This document shows, piece after piece, positions 18,915 to 28,774 of a stretch of 64,000 nucleotides of DNA (the stretch's first letter is position 1; each line of letters starts with the position of its first letter). The stretch comes from a virus (lineage: Duplodnaviria; Caudoviricetes), in the IMG/VR virus record IMGVR_UViG_2816332575_000002, positions 1 through 64,000 of that record; one strand, 5' to 3'. The notes beneath the pieces are model-generated. The model searched no databases. It saw nothing but the letters and a program-made list of their open reading frames with translations, and was not told the origin of the DNA. A program made the position numbers and the translations under genes.

Positions 18915-19310
18915 GTGAAGCTGTGGTCAGTTGGTGCATAAGGCGAACCGCTTGCCGACCGTAAGGGCTCGGTGCCTTTCCGCCTGGCTCACCCTACCAG
19001 ACCGACCCAAGCTGTGAAGCTGTGGTCAGTTGGTCGGTGACGCCCCCTTTCAGTTCGCGCCGTGGAGGCCGCTTGCTGATCGGTGGCCCGACTCTACCAC
19101 ACCGACACGAGCTGTGAGGCTGTGGTCAGTGCAGCAATTGAGTCACCCTTTCCGGCGCCTCCGTCGGGGAGTTCGCCCGCTCCGTGCGGGTTACTCGCCC
19201 CTTTGGTTCGCGCCTTCCTGGGTGTTCCTCCGCTCCGCCGTGGTGGCCGGTGCGGTGGAACGACGGCAACACTAGGGAGAGTGCCCCGTCGTGTCAACCC
19301 GTGGTCAGTT
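18915..19310 (-). promoter_or_regulatory. tandem leftward promoters with an ACTGACCAC upstream box
   Basis: GTGA(A/G)GCTGTGGTCAGT at 18915, 19014 and 19114; TTGACA(19297-19292)-17 bp-TAGTGT preceded by the same box. Confidence 0.65.
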
Positions 19311-20465
19311 GCGCGATGTCGAGTGACGCCAAAACCCCTGCTCTCACACGGAAATCCGGGGTTGGGGATGGCGCCTCAAGTGGCCCGTAGTGCCGCCTGA
19401 AAGCACCCGTGCGGCGCCGTGAGTCGCAACGCCGCCCCTGCTGGCCATCGATGGCTATGCGCGCACCCAGGCCCTTTGGGGGGCCTTGGCGCTCCACGTC
19501 GCGTGGTTGCCGACTGATGCCCCACCGGCGGGTGGCCGGCCCCCCGAAACCTGACTGGCAGTCAGTTGATCACAGGCGAGGCTGCCATAGCTGTGCGTGA
19601 GGTGGGGGTGGGCGACTGATCCTGAGTGGTCTACCTCGGTACGCGATTGAACGACCATGCCGCTACGCCTACGGTGCGTGAAAGGTCGGCGCGCGAAAGA
19701 TTTCGGGGGTAGGGGGGAAAGTGTCCCTCTACCTCTACCTATACCCATAGAGAGGGAGTGCGGCCCGTGCCGGTGCCCGGTGCCCCACTGGTCGCGCTGT
19801 GTGTGTAGTTGCTCCCCGTGATGTCTGATGGTCCGTTCGCTAGGGGTGATGCCTAGCTGACGATCTTTCAGGTACGGCAGTATCAGCGACTTTCCGTGAC
19901 TGAGGGCACCCTTACCTGAAAGCCTGTCAGTTTCGCTGTGTGTAGTCACCTCTCGTGGCCATTCGTGAGCGCGCTAGCACGAAGCGTAGGAACTGAAGGG
20001 GCGTCAGCTTGACACGGGGGAGTGGTGCGGCTAGCCCGTTCCGTGAACTATCTCCAAACCCTGGTTTGGTGGCAGTCATACGCGATGTAAGCGGGCATTG
20101 CTGGCTTTCCGGCTAAGGCAACTGACGTTGCGTCACCTAGTGATGTGTGCCACTAAGGCTGACCTAAGGTTGCACAAAGTCACCCCCCACCCTTAAACGA
20201 TCTTGCCGAGCGAGGCCCCCCTGACCTCTCCCGCAGCGGGCGGTTCTACGCAGCGAGGCAGTATCGGCACGCTCCGTCAGTAATGCGCAGGGTGACGTCC
20301 GCGCAAACGATTGCGGTAACAGAAAGCTGCCGACGGCCCGTCAGTTATCGCTGCCCTGTGATCGGGGTGGAAAGTCAAGAACTACTTTCTGCGACGACAA
20401 ACTGAGGGGCAGTCAGGTCAACGGAAAGTCGCTGAAAGCGTTTTGGGGAGCCGTAGGCTGCGGTC

Positions 20466-20666
20466 ATGGCGGATCAAGAAGTCGCCGACCAGCAGGCGGT
20501 CGAGGCCCTGGAGGAGCGGCGCCGGCAGAGCGCACAGGCCCACGCCGACTGGCTCGCGCGCAGACCGAGCTGGCACGACTGGGGCCCCCGGCAGGCCACC
20601 GACCCGCGGAAGCGGCGGGCCATGGAGGGTACGGGGAGGTACGCCGATGGGCGCCGTGACGTCTGA
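20466..20666 (+). CDS. hypothetical protein
   Basis: 66-aa ORF, first rightward gene after the strand switch. Confidence 0.4.
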   Translation: MADQEVADQQAVEALEERRRQSAQAHADWLARRPSWHDWGPRQATDPRKRRAMEGTGRYADGRRDV

Positions 20667-21063
20667 GATGCGGGCGGAGATCGAGGCCCAACAGGAGCAG
20701 CGGCTGCTGCCTTGCTCGGAAACCCCGTTCCGCTCGGTGCCGGCTTGGGCGCAGTACGCTCCGGCTATGAGTGACACCGCGGACTGGCCAACCACCACGA
20801 CTGAAAAGATCCTCGCAGAAGTCGAAGGAGGCGCAGCTTGGAGGGCACGCCACGAGGAGATCGTGGGACGCCTGGCAGACTCGATCGACTCGGCTTGCGA
20901 TGCCATCTACGAGCTGCTCTTGAGGGGCCACACGGATGCCGACCGGACAACGACCGCTGCCCTGATGGCCCCCCAGCTCGTCAGGAACGTCGTGGAGGCA
21001 AGGCTCGCTGATCAGGTGTCGCGGCTGTCGGCAGCAGCCCGCGGCGAGTTGTCGAAGCAGTAG
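20647..21063 (+). CDS. hypothetical protein
   Basis: GGAGG RBS; followed by a hairpin. Confidence 0.55.
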   Translation: MGAVTSEMRAEIEAQQEQRLLPCSETPFRSVPAWAQYAPAMSDTADWPTTTTEKILAEVEGGAAWRARHEEIVGRLADSIDSACDAIYELLLRGHTDADRTTTAALMAPQLVRNVVEARLADQVSRLSAAARGELSKQ

Positions 21064-21070
21064 ACAGCAC

Positions 21071-21100
21071 AAAGGCCCGGCCGCACACGGCCGGGCCTTC
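21071..21100. terminator. bidirectional terminator
   Basis: AAGGCCCGGCCG-CACA-CGGCCGGGCCTT between convergent genes. Confidence 0.7.
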
Positions 21101-21111
21101 AGCATGTGCAG

Positions 21112-21405
21112 TTACTGCGGGGTGTACTTGGCGAAGAAGTGCTGGGCGGCCTCGCGCTGGAACGTGTCCAGCTTGTGCGTCGGCTGGCCGGCCAGTTGCA
21201 GGATGTCCCACACGAACGGCGGGACGTCGAACCTCCTGCTGGGCGGCGTTCGGTCGATGATCTTTTGGCCGAGCTGGAGCAGCTCCTTGGGGTACTCCAT
21301 GCGCCGGTTGATGACGGCCTGGTCCCACCCGTGCTTGGGCGCTTCTTCCACCAGCCAGTCGATGAACGCCGCGGCGTCTAAGGGCCTTTCGTGTGCTTCA
21401 GACAT
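21112..21405 (-). CDS. hypothetical protein
   Basis: AGGAG RBS; 97 aa; one TTA codon. Confidence 0.55.
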   Translation of the reverse strand: MSEAHERPLDAAAFIDWLVEEAPKHGWDQAVINRRMEYPKELLQLGQKIIDRTPPSRRFDVPPFVWDILQLAGQPTHKLDTFQREAAQHFFAKYTPQ

Positions 21406-21472
21406 AGCTATCGAGTACTCCTGTCGGGGATCGATCAGCGTGCACGGCTAGCCTTCGGGCAGAACACATCCC

Positions 21473-22168
21473 CTACGGTTGCTCAACGTGTTCTTCCGCC
21501 ACTGCTTGATCCTCTTCATCCGTCCGCTCCGGCAGTCGATCGAGCAGTTCAGCCATGGCGGCACCGAGAACGTGTAGCCGGTCCCAACGGTGCTCGCAGT
21601 GCTGAACGACGGCCCAGTGCAACTTCCTCAGAGCCGCCGAGTGCTCTTTACCCCGGCACATGGCCGTGCGTCCCAGGTTGAGAAGTGCGGGGTGCAGACG
21701 GCGGTAGTCCCACTTTTGGACGTGCTGGTGCAGGCGTCCCCCTATGCGCACATCAAACTGCGTCATCTCCGTCCTGGTCGGCGTCGGCCACAGGTGTGTG
21801 ATGACACCCCGCACGCCGTCGACCAGTTCCGCGTCGGCTCGGGCCGTGTCGTCTGCCAGGCAGGTGGCGAGCACGGACTGGGCGGCCACATGGCCGGCCA
21901 GCAGGTGTACTCCCACGTAGGAGGCCAGGTTGCCGCAGAGCCCCACCGCACAGCCCTTCCTATGCGCTAGTGCGGCCAGGGCGTCGTATCGCGGCTCTTC
22001 GAACGTGCCATGCGCGTGGTTATCACCAGCGAGGGCCATGGTCAGCAGCGTGGTACCGGTCCAGTACCCGTCTAAGAGCTGCCCTCCCGGCTGGCCTGGA
22101 TGAAGCCGCGGCGAGAGCCTGCTTAGCTGGCCACTCGTCTGTTGGAGACGGAAGATGTCGACGCCCAT
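21473..22168 (-). CDS. hypothetical protein
   Basis: 231 aa, coupled to upstream gene; one TTA codon. Confidence 0.6.
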   Translation of the reverse strand: MGVDIFRLQQTSGQLSRLSPRLHPGQPGGQLLDGYWTGTTLLTMALAGDNHAHGTFEEPRYDALAALAHRKGCAVGLCGNLASYVGVHLLAGHVAAQSVLATCLADDTARADAELVDGVRGVITHLWPTPTRTEMTQFDVRIGGRLHQHVQKWDYRRLHPALLNLGRTAMCRGKEHSAALRKLHWAVVQHCEHRWDRLHVLGAAMAELLDRLPERTDEEDQAVAEEHVEQP

Positions 22169-22171
22169 TTT

Positions 22172-23221
22172 CTAGGCTCCCTGGTCGTCGGGTGCACGGA
22201 TCTCGTCCACATCCCGCTCGCCCAGCAGAGCCGTCAGGTGCTGCCGCACGACCTCGTCCTCGGCGACGGCCCGCACCAGGCCGGGCGACAGGGGCTCGTC
22301 GGTCCCGTCCGCAGTCCCGGACTCGGCCGGCTGCGGGACGCCCCCGCAGATTTCTCGCCGGGCTCGGTCCAGAAGCTGCTCCATCTCCGCCTGAAGTTCG
22401 TCGCGCCGCCGGGCGAGACCGGCGATGCGGATGGCGGTCCGGTCGGCCTCCTCGCTGCCGTGGACGTAGCGCCCCTCCTCCCACGCGGCGGCGTAGCGCT
22501 CGCCCAGGACAGCGTTCTTCGTCGCGGTGGTTTCGGCCTTCGAGCGGCGCTCGGCTTCGGCGACCAGGTCGGGATCGAGGTCGGCGATGGCGTCATCGCC
22601 GCGGAGCCGGAACTGGGTGAGTTGCGCGGCGACAACGTCCAGGTGCTGAGCCACCGTCTGTGCGTATGGGGAGTCGCCTCCGGAGCGCTGGATGCGGCCC
22701 TCGTCGAGGTAGCTCGTGCCCGCCCGCAAGCCAGCCGCCTGACGACGTGCACGCGCCGCCAGCTCCTGGATCTCAGCATCTCCGCCGGGGCCAGGCACCT
22801 TGCGCACCGAGTCCGCGATGCCGTGGAGGGCCAAGGCTACCGTGCGGTCGTTCGTCCGCTCGGCCTTCGTGGCTTTGCCCGCGGCCTGCTGCCGCAGTCG
22901 ATCGGCTTGCGCATCGAGCACGTGGGCGTACAGCAGCATGTCGGGGAAGTGGTCTTCAGTGACCTCCGGCAGGTCTGCGCCGGCGACCTGGATGCGGTCG
23001 ATCGTTGTCCCCGCGATGCCGGTTGCGCGGTGGATCACGGCCCGGCCGGCCATCCCCTCCTCCTTGAAAGCCCTGAGGGCCCCGCGGATCAGCGGATCAC
23101 GACGGTCGCTTACCGCGGCAGCGTCGTCTGCGTAGCGAAGGCACGCGTCATAGGCGGCGTCAGCGTCAGGGAAGTAGAGCGCGGGATCTCCGCTCCACTC
23201 CTGCAACGAAGTGTTGTCCAT
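22172..23221 (-). CDS. hypothetical protein with N-terminal HTH-like segment and coiled coils
   Basis: RAVIHRATGIAGTTIDRI; Ala-rich helices. Confidence 0.65.
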   Translation of the reverse strand: MDNTSLQEWSGDPALYFPDADAAYDACLRYADDAAAVSDRRDPLIRGALRAFKEEGMAGRAVIHRATGIAGTTIDRIQVAGADLPEVTEDHFPDMLLYAHVLDAQADRLRQQAAGKATKAERTNDRTVALALHGIADSVRKVPGPGGDAEIQELAARARRQAAGLRAGTSYLDEGRIQRSGGDSPYAQTVAQHLDVVAAQLTQFRLRGDDAIADLDPDLVAEAERRSKAETTATKNAVLGERYAAAWEEGRYVHGSEEADRTAIRIAGLARRRDELQAEMEQLLDRARREICGGVPQPAESGTADGTDEPLSPGLVRAVAEDEVVRQHLTALLGERDVDEIRAPDDQGA

Positions 23222-23451
23222 GCTCGGCGACGCTAGCAGAGGAGTAGCGCGCGCTACAGTAAAATGGTAGCGATCGCTACTATGTGCGGGCGGTGGAGTC
23301 AGGGGTCGGATGGCCGGCCCCGTCCAGTCGCCGCTCCCTCGGGTGTCTGGGACCGGTGGGAGCAGACCGCACGCCGTCTCCAGGAGTTCCGCGCCGTGCC
23401 GTCAAAGAGCCCCCGTCCTGGGGGCGGAGGCTCTTCGTGCGTGCCGGGGTA

Positions 23452-24240
23452 TCAGACTGACTGCTGTTGCTTCTGGCGCTTCTCTCCGCGGATCTCCTTG
23501 AGCATCCGGATCGCCGGCATGGTCAGGCCCACGAAGAGGAACGCGATGGAGAGGCCGGCGAGTGCGGGGGAGACCTTTTCTTCGAGCTTGAGGTCCCAGG
23601 CCGAGCCCATGGTGTAGGCGATGAGGTAGCCGCCGCGGCTGATGGTGTAGGCGACGCCGAGGATGGCGGCGACGGTCGAGAAAGAGAATCCGAGGACGAC
23701 GCCGGAAAGCGGCGGGTAGATGCCTCGTGCGGTCTTGGCGCACATGAAGGCCAGCTCGCAGCTGGTGATGAACGTGTAGCCAAGGTAGAGCAGCAGGTAC
23801 ACGCGCACCTGTGCGTTGTCGGCCTGGGCGGTGATGAACTCGACGCCGGGCTTGGTGGCGCTGATCCAGACCGGGACCATGGCGGCGAGGACGGCGACCG
23901 CGAGCACGATCCGCTGGTAGATGGCTCTGCGGAGATAGTCCGTGGAGTAGGCGATGTCCACCATGCAGATCTGGAGCGAGAGGCACCAGAGGACGGCGCA
24001 GATATGTGCCAGCAACTTGGCCAGGTTGTCGACGCCGGTGAGATCTTCGGTGGCTTCGGCGATGGCGGGGATGGCAAAGAAGACCCCTACGGTGCATACG
24101 CCGAAAGCAAAGGTGATCGCCCGGTTCGTGACGTTTGGTGCGCGGCGGGCTCGGTAGTAGCAAAGCGCGGTGACAATGGCCCCGAGCGCAGTTACGGAGC
24201 CGAATATCGCGCCGTCGAGCGGTGTAGCGGTGCTGTTCAT
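23452..24240 (-). CDS. MAB_1171c-like multi-pass membrane protein
   Basis: about 7 TM helices; TGVDNLAKLLAH and YLLLYLGY motifs. Confidence 0.75.
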   Translation of the reverse strand: MNSTATPLDGAIFGSVTALGAIVTALCYYRARRAPNVTNRAITFAFGVCTVGVFFAIPAIAEATEDLTGVDNLAKLLAHICAVLWCLSLQICMVDIAYSTDYLRRAIYQRIVLAVAVLAAMVPVWISATKPGVEFITAQADNAQVRVYLLLYLGYTFITSCELAFMCAKTARGIYPPLSGVVLGFSFSTVAAILGVAYTISRGGYLIAYTMGSAWDLKLEEKVSPALAGLSIAFLFVGLTMPAIRMLKEIRGEKRQKQQQSV

Positions 24241-24758
24241 TGAGCGGGCTTGCGACCTTCCAGAGAATCCGCGGCGTACCTCGCCGCTTGCTTCATAGTC
24301 CGCTTTCGGCGACGCGGAGCGGTATCGGATTCTGGACTCGGATCGGTTTCGATCTCTTCCAGCGGTACGGCCGGCGCGAGGCCGAGCTGCTCCCTGCGCT
24401 CCTGGAGGTGCTGGACCAGGGCGTCGAGGTCGTCGAGGGGCAAGCCATCGAGATGTCGGAGGACGTCGCGGGCTCGCGGGCTGTGCTGGATGACGGTGAG
24501 GGCCTGGATGTCGTCCCAGCCGGGCAGGAGGAACGGTGCCGGAGCGTCGAGGACCGTGGCGAGCTGTTCGACGGTGGTCAGGGTGGGGTTGGTGTCTTCG
24601 CCCTTGCGCAGGTTCGCCAGCGACTGCACAGAGCCGCCTCGCGCGTGGCCGGGCAGGCTTCTGATTGCTTCTGACAGGGCGCGGGTGGAGATCGGCTTGC
24701 CGTCGGGTCCTGGGCGGCGTTTGAGCAGGTGAGCCAGCTTGGCCGTGAAGGTCAGCAT
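24237..24758 (-). CDS. XRE-family HTH regulator
   Basis: FTAKLAHL...LANLRKGEDTNPTLTTVEQLA; coupled to the membrane gene. Confidence 0.8.
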   Translation of the reverse strand: MLTFTAKLAHLLKRRPGPDGKPISTRALSEAIRSLPGHARGGSVQSLANLRKGEDTNPTLTTVEQLATVLDAPAPFLLPGWDDIQALTVIQHSPRARDVLRHLDGLPLDDLDALVQHLQERREQLGLAPAVPLEEIETDPSPESDTAPRRRKRTMKQAARYAADSLEGRKPAQ

Positions 24759-25104
24759 CGGACTCCTGGTCGACTGACGAGGATGTCAGTCCTCCTCGAT
24801 ACCTTCACAAGATCCCCCTGGCTCGCTCACTCGTGTTCCGCTGAACACTTTAGTTGACACTGCTGCCACGGCCCGTAGATGATCCGGGCGTGGTCGTATG
24901 GCGTGATCTATCGCCAGTGGCCTGTATGTCGGTTGTGTGCCCTCTCGTCGAACCGGGGGGAGGGGTCGTTCAGCGCCAGGGGGGAGTCATGGGAGAAAAA
25001 CGTGAGGAACGTTCGCATTTTTTCCGTGACCTGGGGTTGGGGTTGGGGGAGTCTGCTGGCTGGTGCGGCTGGCCGGCAGGCCGAAGTTCGCGAGGAGAGG
25101 CGTG

Positions 25105-25404
25105 ATGGACGGTGTCAGCATGGGGGCGGCGAAGGTCCCTCAGCTTGTGGAGAGCAAGGTCGTAGGTGACAAGGCGCCAAGGCAGCCTCAGGGAGGCGGC
25201 CGGAAGTCACGACCGGAGCCGATGGTCGAGTTGAGTCTGTGCTCCGTCGAGGCCGAGCTGGCGTACGTGTGTGGCAAGCTCCCGGCGGACGGGTACCGAA
25301 TGAACACCGTCACGGGCGAAGTGACCGTACTCGTGCCTGAACGTGATCTTGAGGACATGCTCGGAATGAAACAGACGTTCGGAGATGCGCTCGATGCGGC
25401 ATGA
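25105..25404 (+). CDS. hypothetical protein
   Basis: GGAGAGG RBS. Confidence 0.5.
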   Translation: MDGVSMGAAKVPQLVESKVVGDKAPRQPQGGGRKSRPEPMVELSLCSVEAELAYVCGKLPADGYRMNTVTGEVTVLVPERDLEDMLGMKQTFGDALDAA

Positions 25405-25638
25405 CGCAGCGCTGTGAGCAGGGCCTTTGGTTGCCCCTTCCGGCTCGGTGGGCAACCGAGGGGTCCTGCTTCCGTTCTATGTGACACCTTGCCTGCCGTA
25501 CTGGATTTGTGCAGGAGCACATTTGTTGGGTATCAACTGCACATCACTTGTACTGTTGTTTCCAGGACAGGCGCCCGTCGGAAGGTTGCTGAGTCAGCGA
25601 GCCCCAGAGTCGCCGTCTGGTCGGAGAGGTTGAGGACG

Positions 25639-26265
25639 ATGGCACTGAGGAAGACCTGCAAAGCCGAACTGCCAGGCGGTGGCATCTGCGGCAAGCCTGT
25701 CGTCGGGCGCGTGAATGTCCTCAACATGAACCACAGCGTGGTGCGAAGCGTCTGGCGCTGTGGCCCTTGCGGTATCGCACTGGAGCAGGCGTTTTTGGCC
25801 CTGGCCCCGGACGGAGAAGAGGGCGAGCCTCTGCGTGCGACGCTCTACCGAGATGAGGTAGGGGTCCTGGCGAGCAGTGAAGATATCCGGGAGTGGCTGG
25901 AGCGAGTCTTCAAGAAGAGCCCGAAGCAGTTCTCCGTCAAGGAGAGGCAGCTCATCAAGGACATGCTCAAGGCGGAGGGGAAGGCTACGTCGGGAGCGCG
26001 CCGCGGCCGAGTCCCCAAGGACTTGATCAACGCGTGGAAGACCTTGCGCCCCCGTCTTGACGAGGCAGGGAACTGGCAGGAGACATCCGCGGCCGAGGCG
26101 CGAGCGGGGCTGCGTGATGTGCTCGTGGCTGCGCCGGAGAGGCTCTCGGCGGAGGAGCGGAGGATGATCATGGACCTGCCTAGCGCCGGAGCCTTGGACC
26201 CGAAGGCAATGCTGCTGTGGGGACGGCTGGAGTCCCAGCGCCAGCAGGTCGAGCAGCCCTCCTGA
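25639..26265 (+). CDS. divergent Lsr2-like protein with N-terminal Cys (Zn) motif
   Basis: C...CGK...CGPC N-terminus; DIREWL...ARRGRVPKDLINAWK resembles the Lsr2 DNA-binding domain. Confidence 0.55.
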   Translation: MALRKTCKAELPGGGICGKPVVGRVNVLNMNHSVVRSVWRCGPCGIALEQAFLALAPDGEEGEPLRATLYRDEVGVLASSEDIREWLERVFKKSPKQFSVKERQLIKDMLKAEGKATSGARRGRVPKDLINAWKTLRPRLDEAGNWQETSAAEARAGLRDVLVAAPERLSAEERRMIMDLPSAGALDPKAMLLWGRLESQRQQVEQPS

Positions 26266-26279
26266 GCCACTGGACCGTC

Positions 26280-26313
26280 CGGGCCTCGCTCCACTGGAGT
26301 GGGGCCCGTTTTT
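26280..26313 (+). terminator. intrinsic terminator
   Basis: CGGGCCTCGCTCC-ACT-GGAGTGGGGCCCG followed by TTTTT. Confidence 0.7.
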
Positions 26314-26451
26314 CGTAGCTCAACAAGAGCACATCAGTTGCAGTGCAGGTGCACGAAAGTTATTGTGCTCTTGTTGCTACTGGTTGGTCGGCCGTGTGGG
26401 GCTGAGGACGGCTCGGGCTCACCGCCCGTCGATCTAGGGGCGGAGGGGTGC

Positions 26452-27441
26452 GTGGACACCACAGTGCCGGTGAAGAAGAAGGCGGCGCGGGCCGTAGCGG
26501 AGTGGCTGGGCTCGAAGGGGGAGGGCACCCGGAAGGAGTACCAGCGGGACATCGACCGGTACGTGGAGTACTGCGTGGGGCGCGGAGTCAACCCGCTGAA
26601 AGCCAAACCCGACAACGTCCGCGGATTCCTGGACGTGCTGCGGGTCGAGTACCGCCTCAAGGCACGTACCCGCCTCAGGGCCTACAAGGCGCTCAGCTCG
26701 TTCTACAGCTACGCCGCCGACTGGGACTTCCTGAAGAAGGGGCGCCCCAACCCGATGCGGTACGTCGATCCACCAAAAATCGACGACGACGAGCCCCGGC
26801 TGGGCATGACGATGGAGGAAGCCGTCGCCTTTCTGCGCGAGGCATTCTTCACCTCCACCCGGCTCTACGCCCTGGTGACCACACTCCTGCTGCTGGGCCT
26901 GCGGATCAGCGAGCTGCTCACGGCCGACATCGAGGACATAGGCATCGTCCACGGGCAGCGGGTCCTATGGGTGCAGCGCAAAGGCAAGCAGTCGAAGACG
27001 GCAATGCCCTTACCCGATATGGCATTTGCCGCTCTGGTCGTCTACATCGGTGATCGGCGCTCCGGCCCGATTTTCATCACCAGAACCGGCCGGCGGCTGA
27101 ACCGCCACGGCGCCTACGACACCATCACGCGCCTCGCCCGCCGCGCTGGCGTACCGCACGTCCACCCGCACCTGATCCGGGCGACCACCACCACCCTGCT
27201 GCTCGGGCTGGGCCAGGCCCTGGAGCGCGTCCAGGTCGTCATGGGACACAGCGACCCGAAGACCACGATCGCCTACAACAAGGTTCTGGAGAGGCTGCTC
27301 TACAGCCCGATCCACGTACTTGAAATCGCCCTGAAGGGAAGGGTCGATGAATCTCCACTCCCCGCGCTATCGCGTGATTTCAACGCCGCGGTCCACCGCG
27401 ATCCAGGCGAGCTGCGCCTGCTCCTGGACACAGCAGCTTGA
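26452..27441 (+). CDS. tyrosine recombinase (XerC/D-like integrase or resolvase)
   Basis: GLRISE, RKGK, HPHLIR, MGHSD and TIAY catalytic set; SAM-like N-domain; TTA at 27010. Confidence 0.9.
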   Translation: MDTTVPVKKKAARAVAEWLGSKGEGTRKEYQRDIDRYVEYCVGRGVNPLKAKPDNVRGFLDVLRVEYRLKARTRLRAYKALSSFYSYAADWDFLKKGRPNPMRYVDPPKIDDDEPRLGMTMEEAVAFLREAFFTSTRLYALVTTLLLLGLRISELLTADIEDIGIVHGQRVLWVQRKGKQSKTAMPLPDMAFAALVVYIGDRRSGPIFITRTGRRLNRHGAYDTITRLARRAGVPHVHPHLIRATTTTLLLGLGQALERVQVVMGHSDPKTTIAYNKVLERLLYSPIHVLEIALKGRVDESPLPALSRDFNAAVHRDPGELRLLLDTAA

Positions 27442-27558
27442 TGTACGCGGCGGCAGTCAGGTACAGGCGTACCTCGCCTATGCCGACCACCTGCGAGACG
27501 AGGCCGCCGCAGCTTCTCGGGGTAGACGAACTGACGACATAGACGACAGGAGAGCCGC

Positions 27559-28002
27559 ATGACGTATGAACCCATGGCAATGGTCCGCGAGTTCCACGAT
27601 GCTTTCGGCGTCGACCGCGAGACCGATGTGCCCTCGTCACAGCGGCCGGCGCTCGTCGAGCTGCGCCAGCGGCTCATCAAGGAGGAATGCCGGGAAGCTG
27701 CCGTGGAGCTGACTCGTCTGAGCCGACGCATCCAGTGGCCCCGATCAGGACGCTCGGCGCGGATCGCGCTGGCCAAGGAACTCGCCGACATCCTCTACGT
27801 CGTCTACGGCACCGCGGACGTCCTCAGCATCCCGCTGGAGGAGGTCTTCGAAGAAGTGCACCGCAGCAACATGAGCAAGCTGGGGCTCGACGGCCACCCC
27901 GTCCGGCGCCACGATGGCAAGGTGCTGAAAGGGCCGGGTTACCGTGAGGCTGATGTCGAAGCGATCGTTTTTCGGGATGAGGAGCGGAGGCGTGCTGCAT
28001 GA
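27559..28002 (+). CDS. MazG-like / PRA-PH nucleoside triphosphate pyrophosphohydrolase
   Basis: VREFH...EECREA...KELADILYVVYG...EVHRSNMSKL...DGKVLKGP. Confidence 0.88.
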   Translation: MTYEPMAMVREFHDAFGVDRETDVPSSQRPALVELRQRLIKEECREAAVELTRLSRRIQWPRSGRSARIALAKELADILYVVYGTADVLSIPLEEVFEEVHRSNMSKLGLDGHPVRRHDGKVLKGPGYREADVEAIVFRDEERRRAA

Positions 28003-28217
28003 AGCAGATTAAGCGGTTGGACCTATACACGAGCTACGCCGCGGCGGCGGATGACCTGCACGCATGGGCGAAGCGCGTCAAGGACTTGGGTATGACGCCT
28101 CGCTACGGCGTGCGTATCGGCAAGAAAGTTTTCGTGCGGAATCGGTGGCGGTACCCCATATACCTCTGCGATGAACAGCCGGATGAGATGCCCCGCCTCA
28201 TTAAGCGCAGTGCCTAA
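27999..28217 (+). CDS. hypothetical protein
   Basis: ATGA overlap with the MazG-like gene. Confidence 0.5.
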   Translation: MKQIKRLDLYTSYAAAADDLHAWAKRVKDLGMTPRYGVRIGKKVFVRNRWRYPIYLCDEQPDEMPRLIKRSA

Positions 28218-28232
28218 TTGACTAACCTTGCC

Positions 28233-28264
28233 AGCCCCTGTTCTCTGTGGAGCAGGGGCTCTTT
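28233..28264 (+). terminator. intrinsic terminator
   Basis: AGCCCCTGTTC...GAGCAGGGGCT followed by CTTT. Confidence 0.6.
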
Positions 28265-28329
28265 GCTACCTGCCTCCGCTGGCGACTCCTTAAAATCGTG
28301 CTGTACACCTCAGCTCGTAAGGAGCCGTC

Positions 28330-28767
28330 ATGGCGAAGAAGTATGCCAAGCCGAAGCCGCTCCCGCGGGCGGGAAAGAACTTCGAGAGCGCGAGTCCCTA
28401 CACCAAGCGGGTCATTGACCGGCTTGGTGCTCAGTCCCGTAAGAACGCCAGCCCGAAGATGAAGGCCCGGCTGGACGCCTTTGAGGACAGCGGGGACGCA
28501 TCGGCGCTGCTCACCTTCGCCACCTACCCGGACCACACGGTGAACCCGCGCCGGCCGCGCACGGTGGCTGCTGGGTACGACTACAAGACACACACGTTGC
28601 GACTCCAGTTCCGCAATGGCGAGGACGGCCGCGGCTCCCCCGGCGGGCCGGTGTACGAGTACTACCGCGTGTCCGAGAACCAGTGGAGGCATGTACGCAA
28701 GGCCACCTCGGAGGGCCGGTACATCAACTCCACCCTGAACGGCCACCCCTACCGCCGGATCGCCTAG
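28330..28767 (+). CDS. KTSC-domain protein
   Basis: AGYDYKTHTLRLQFRNG...YEYYRVSENQW...ATSEGRYINSTL. Confidence 0.8.
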   Translation: MAKKYAKPKPLPRAGKNFESASPYTKRVIDRLGAQSRKNASPKMKARLDAFEDSGDASALLTFATYPDHTVNPRRPRTVAAGYDYKTHTLRLQFRNGEDGRGSPGGPVYEYYRVSENQWRHVRKATSEGRYINSTLNGHPYRRIA

Positions 28768-28774
28768 GAGTCCC

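Noticed and set aside
18915-19135. Periodic repeats as a CRISPR array
   Set aside because: Only three short degenerate units, ~100-bp period, similarity extends into the spacers, no cas genes; better explained as promoters
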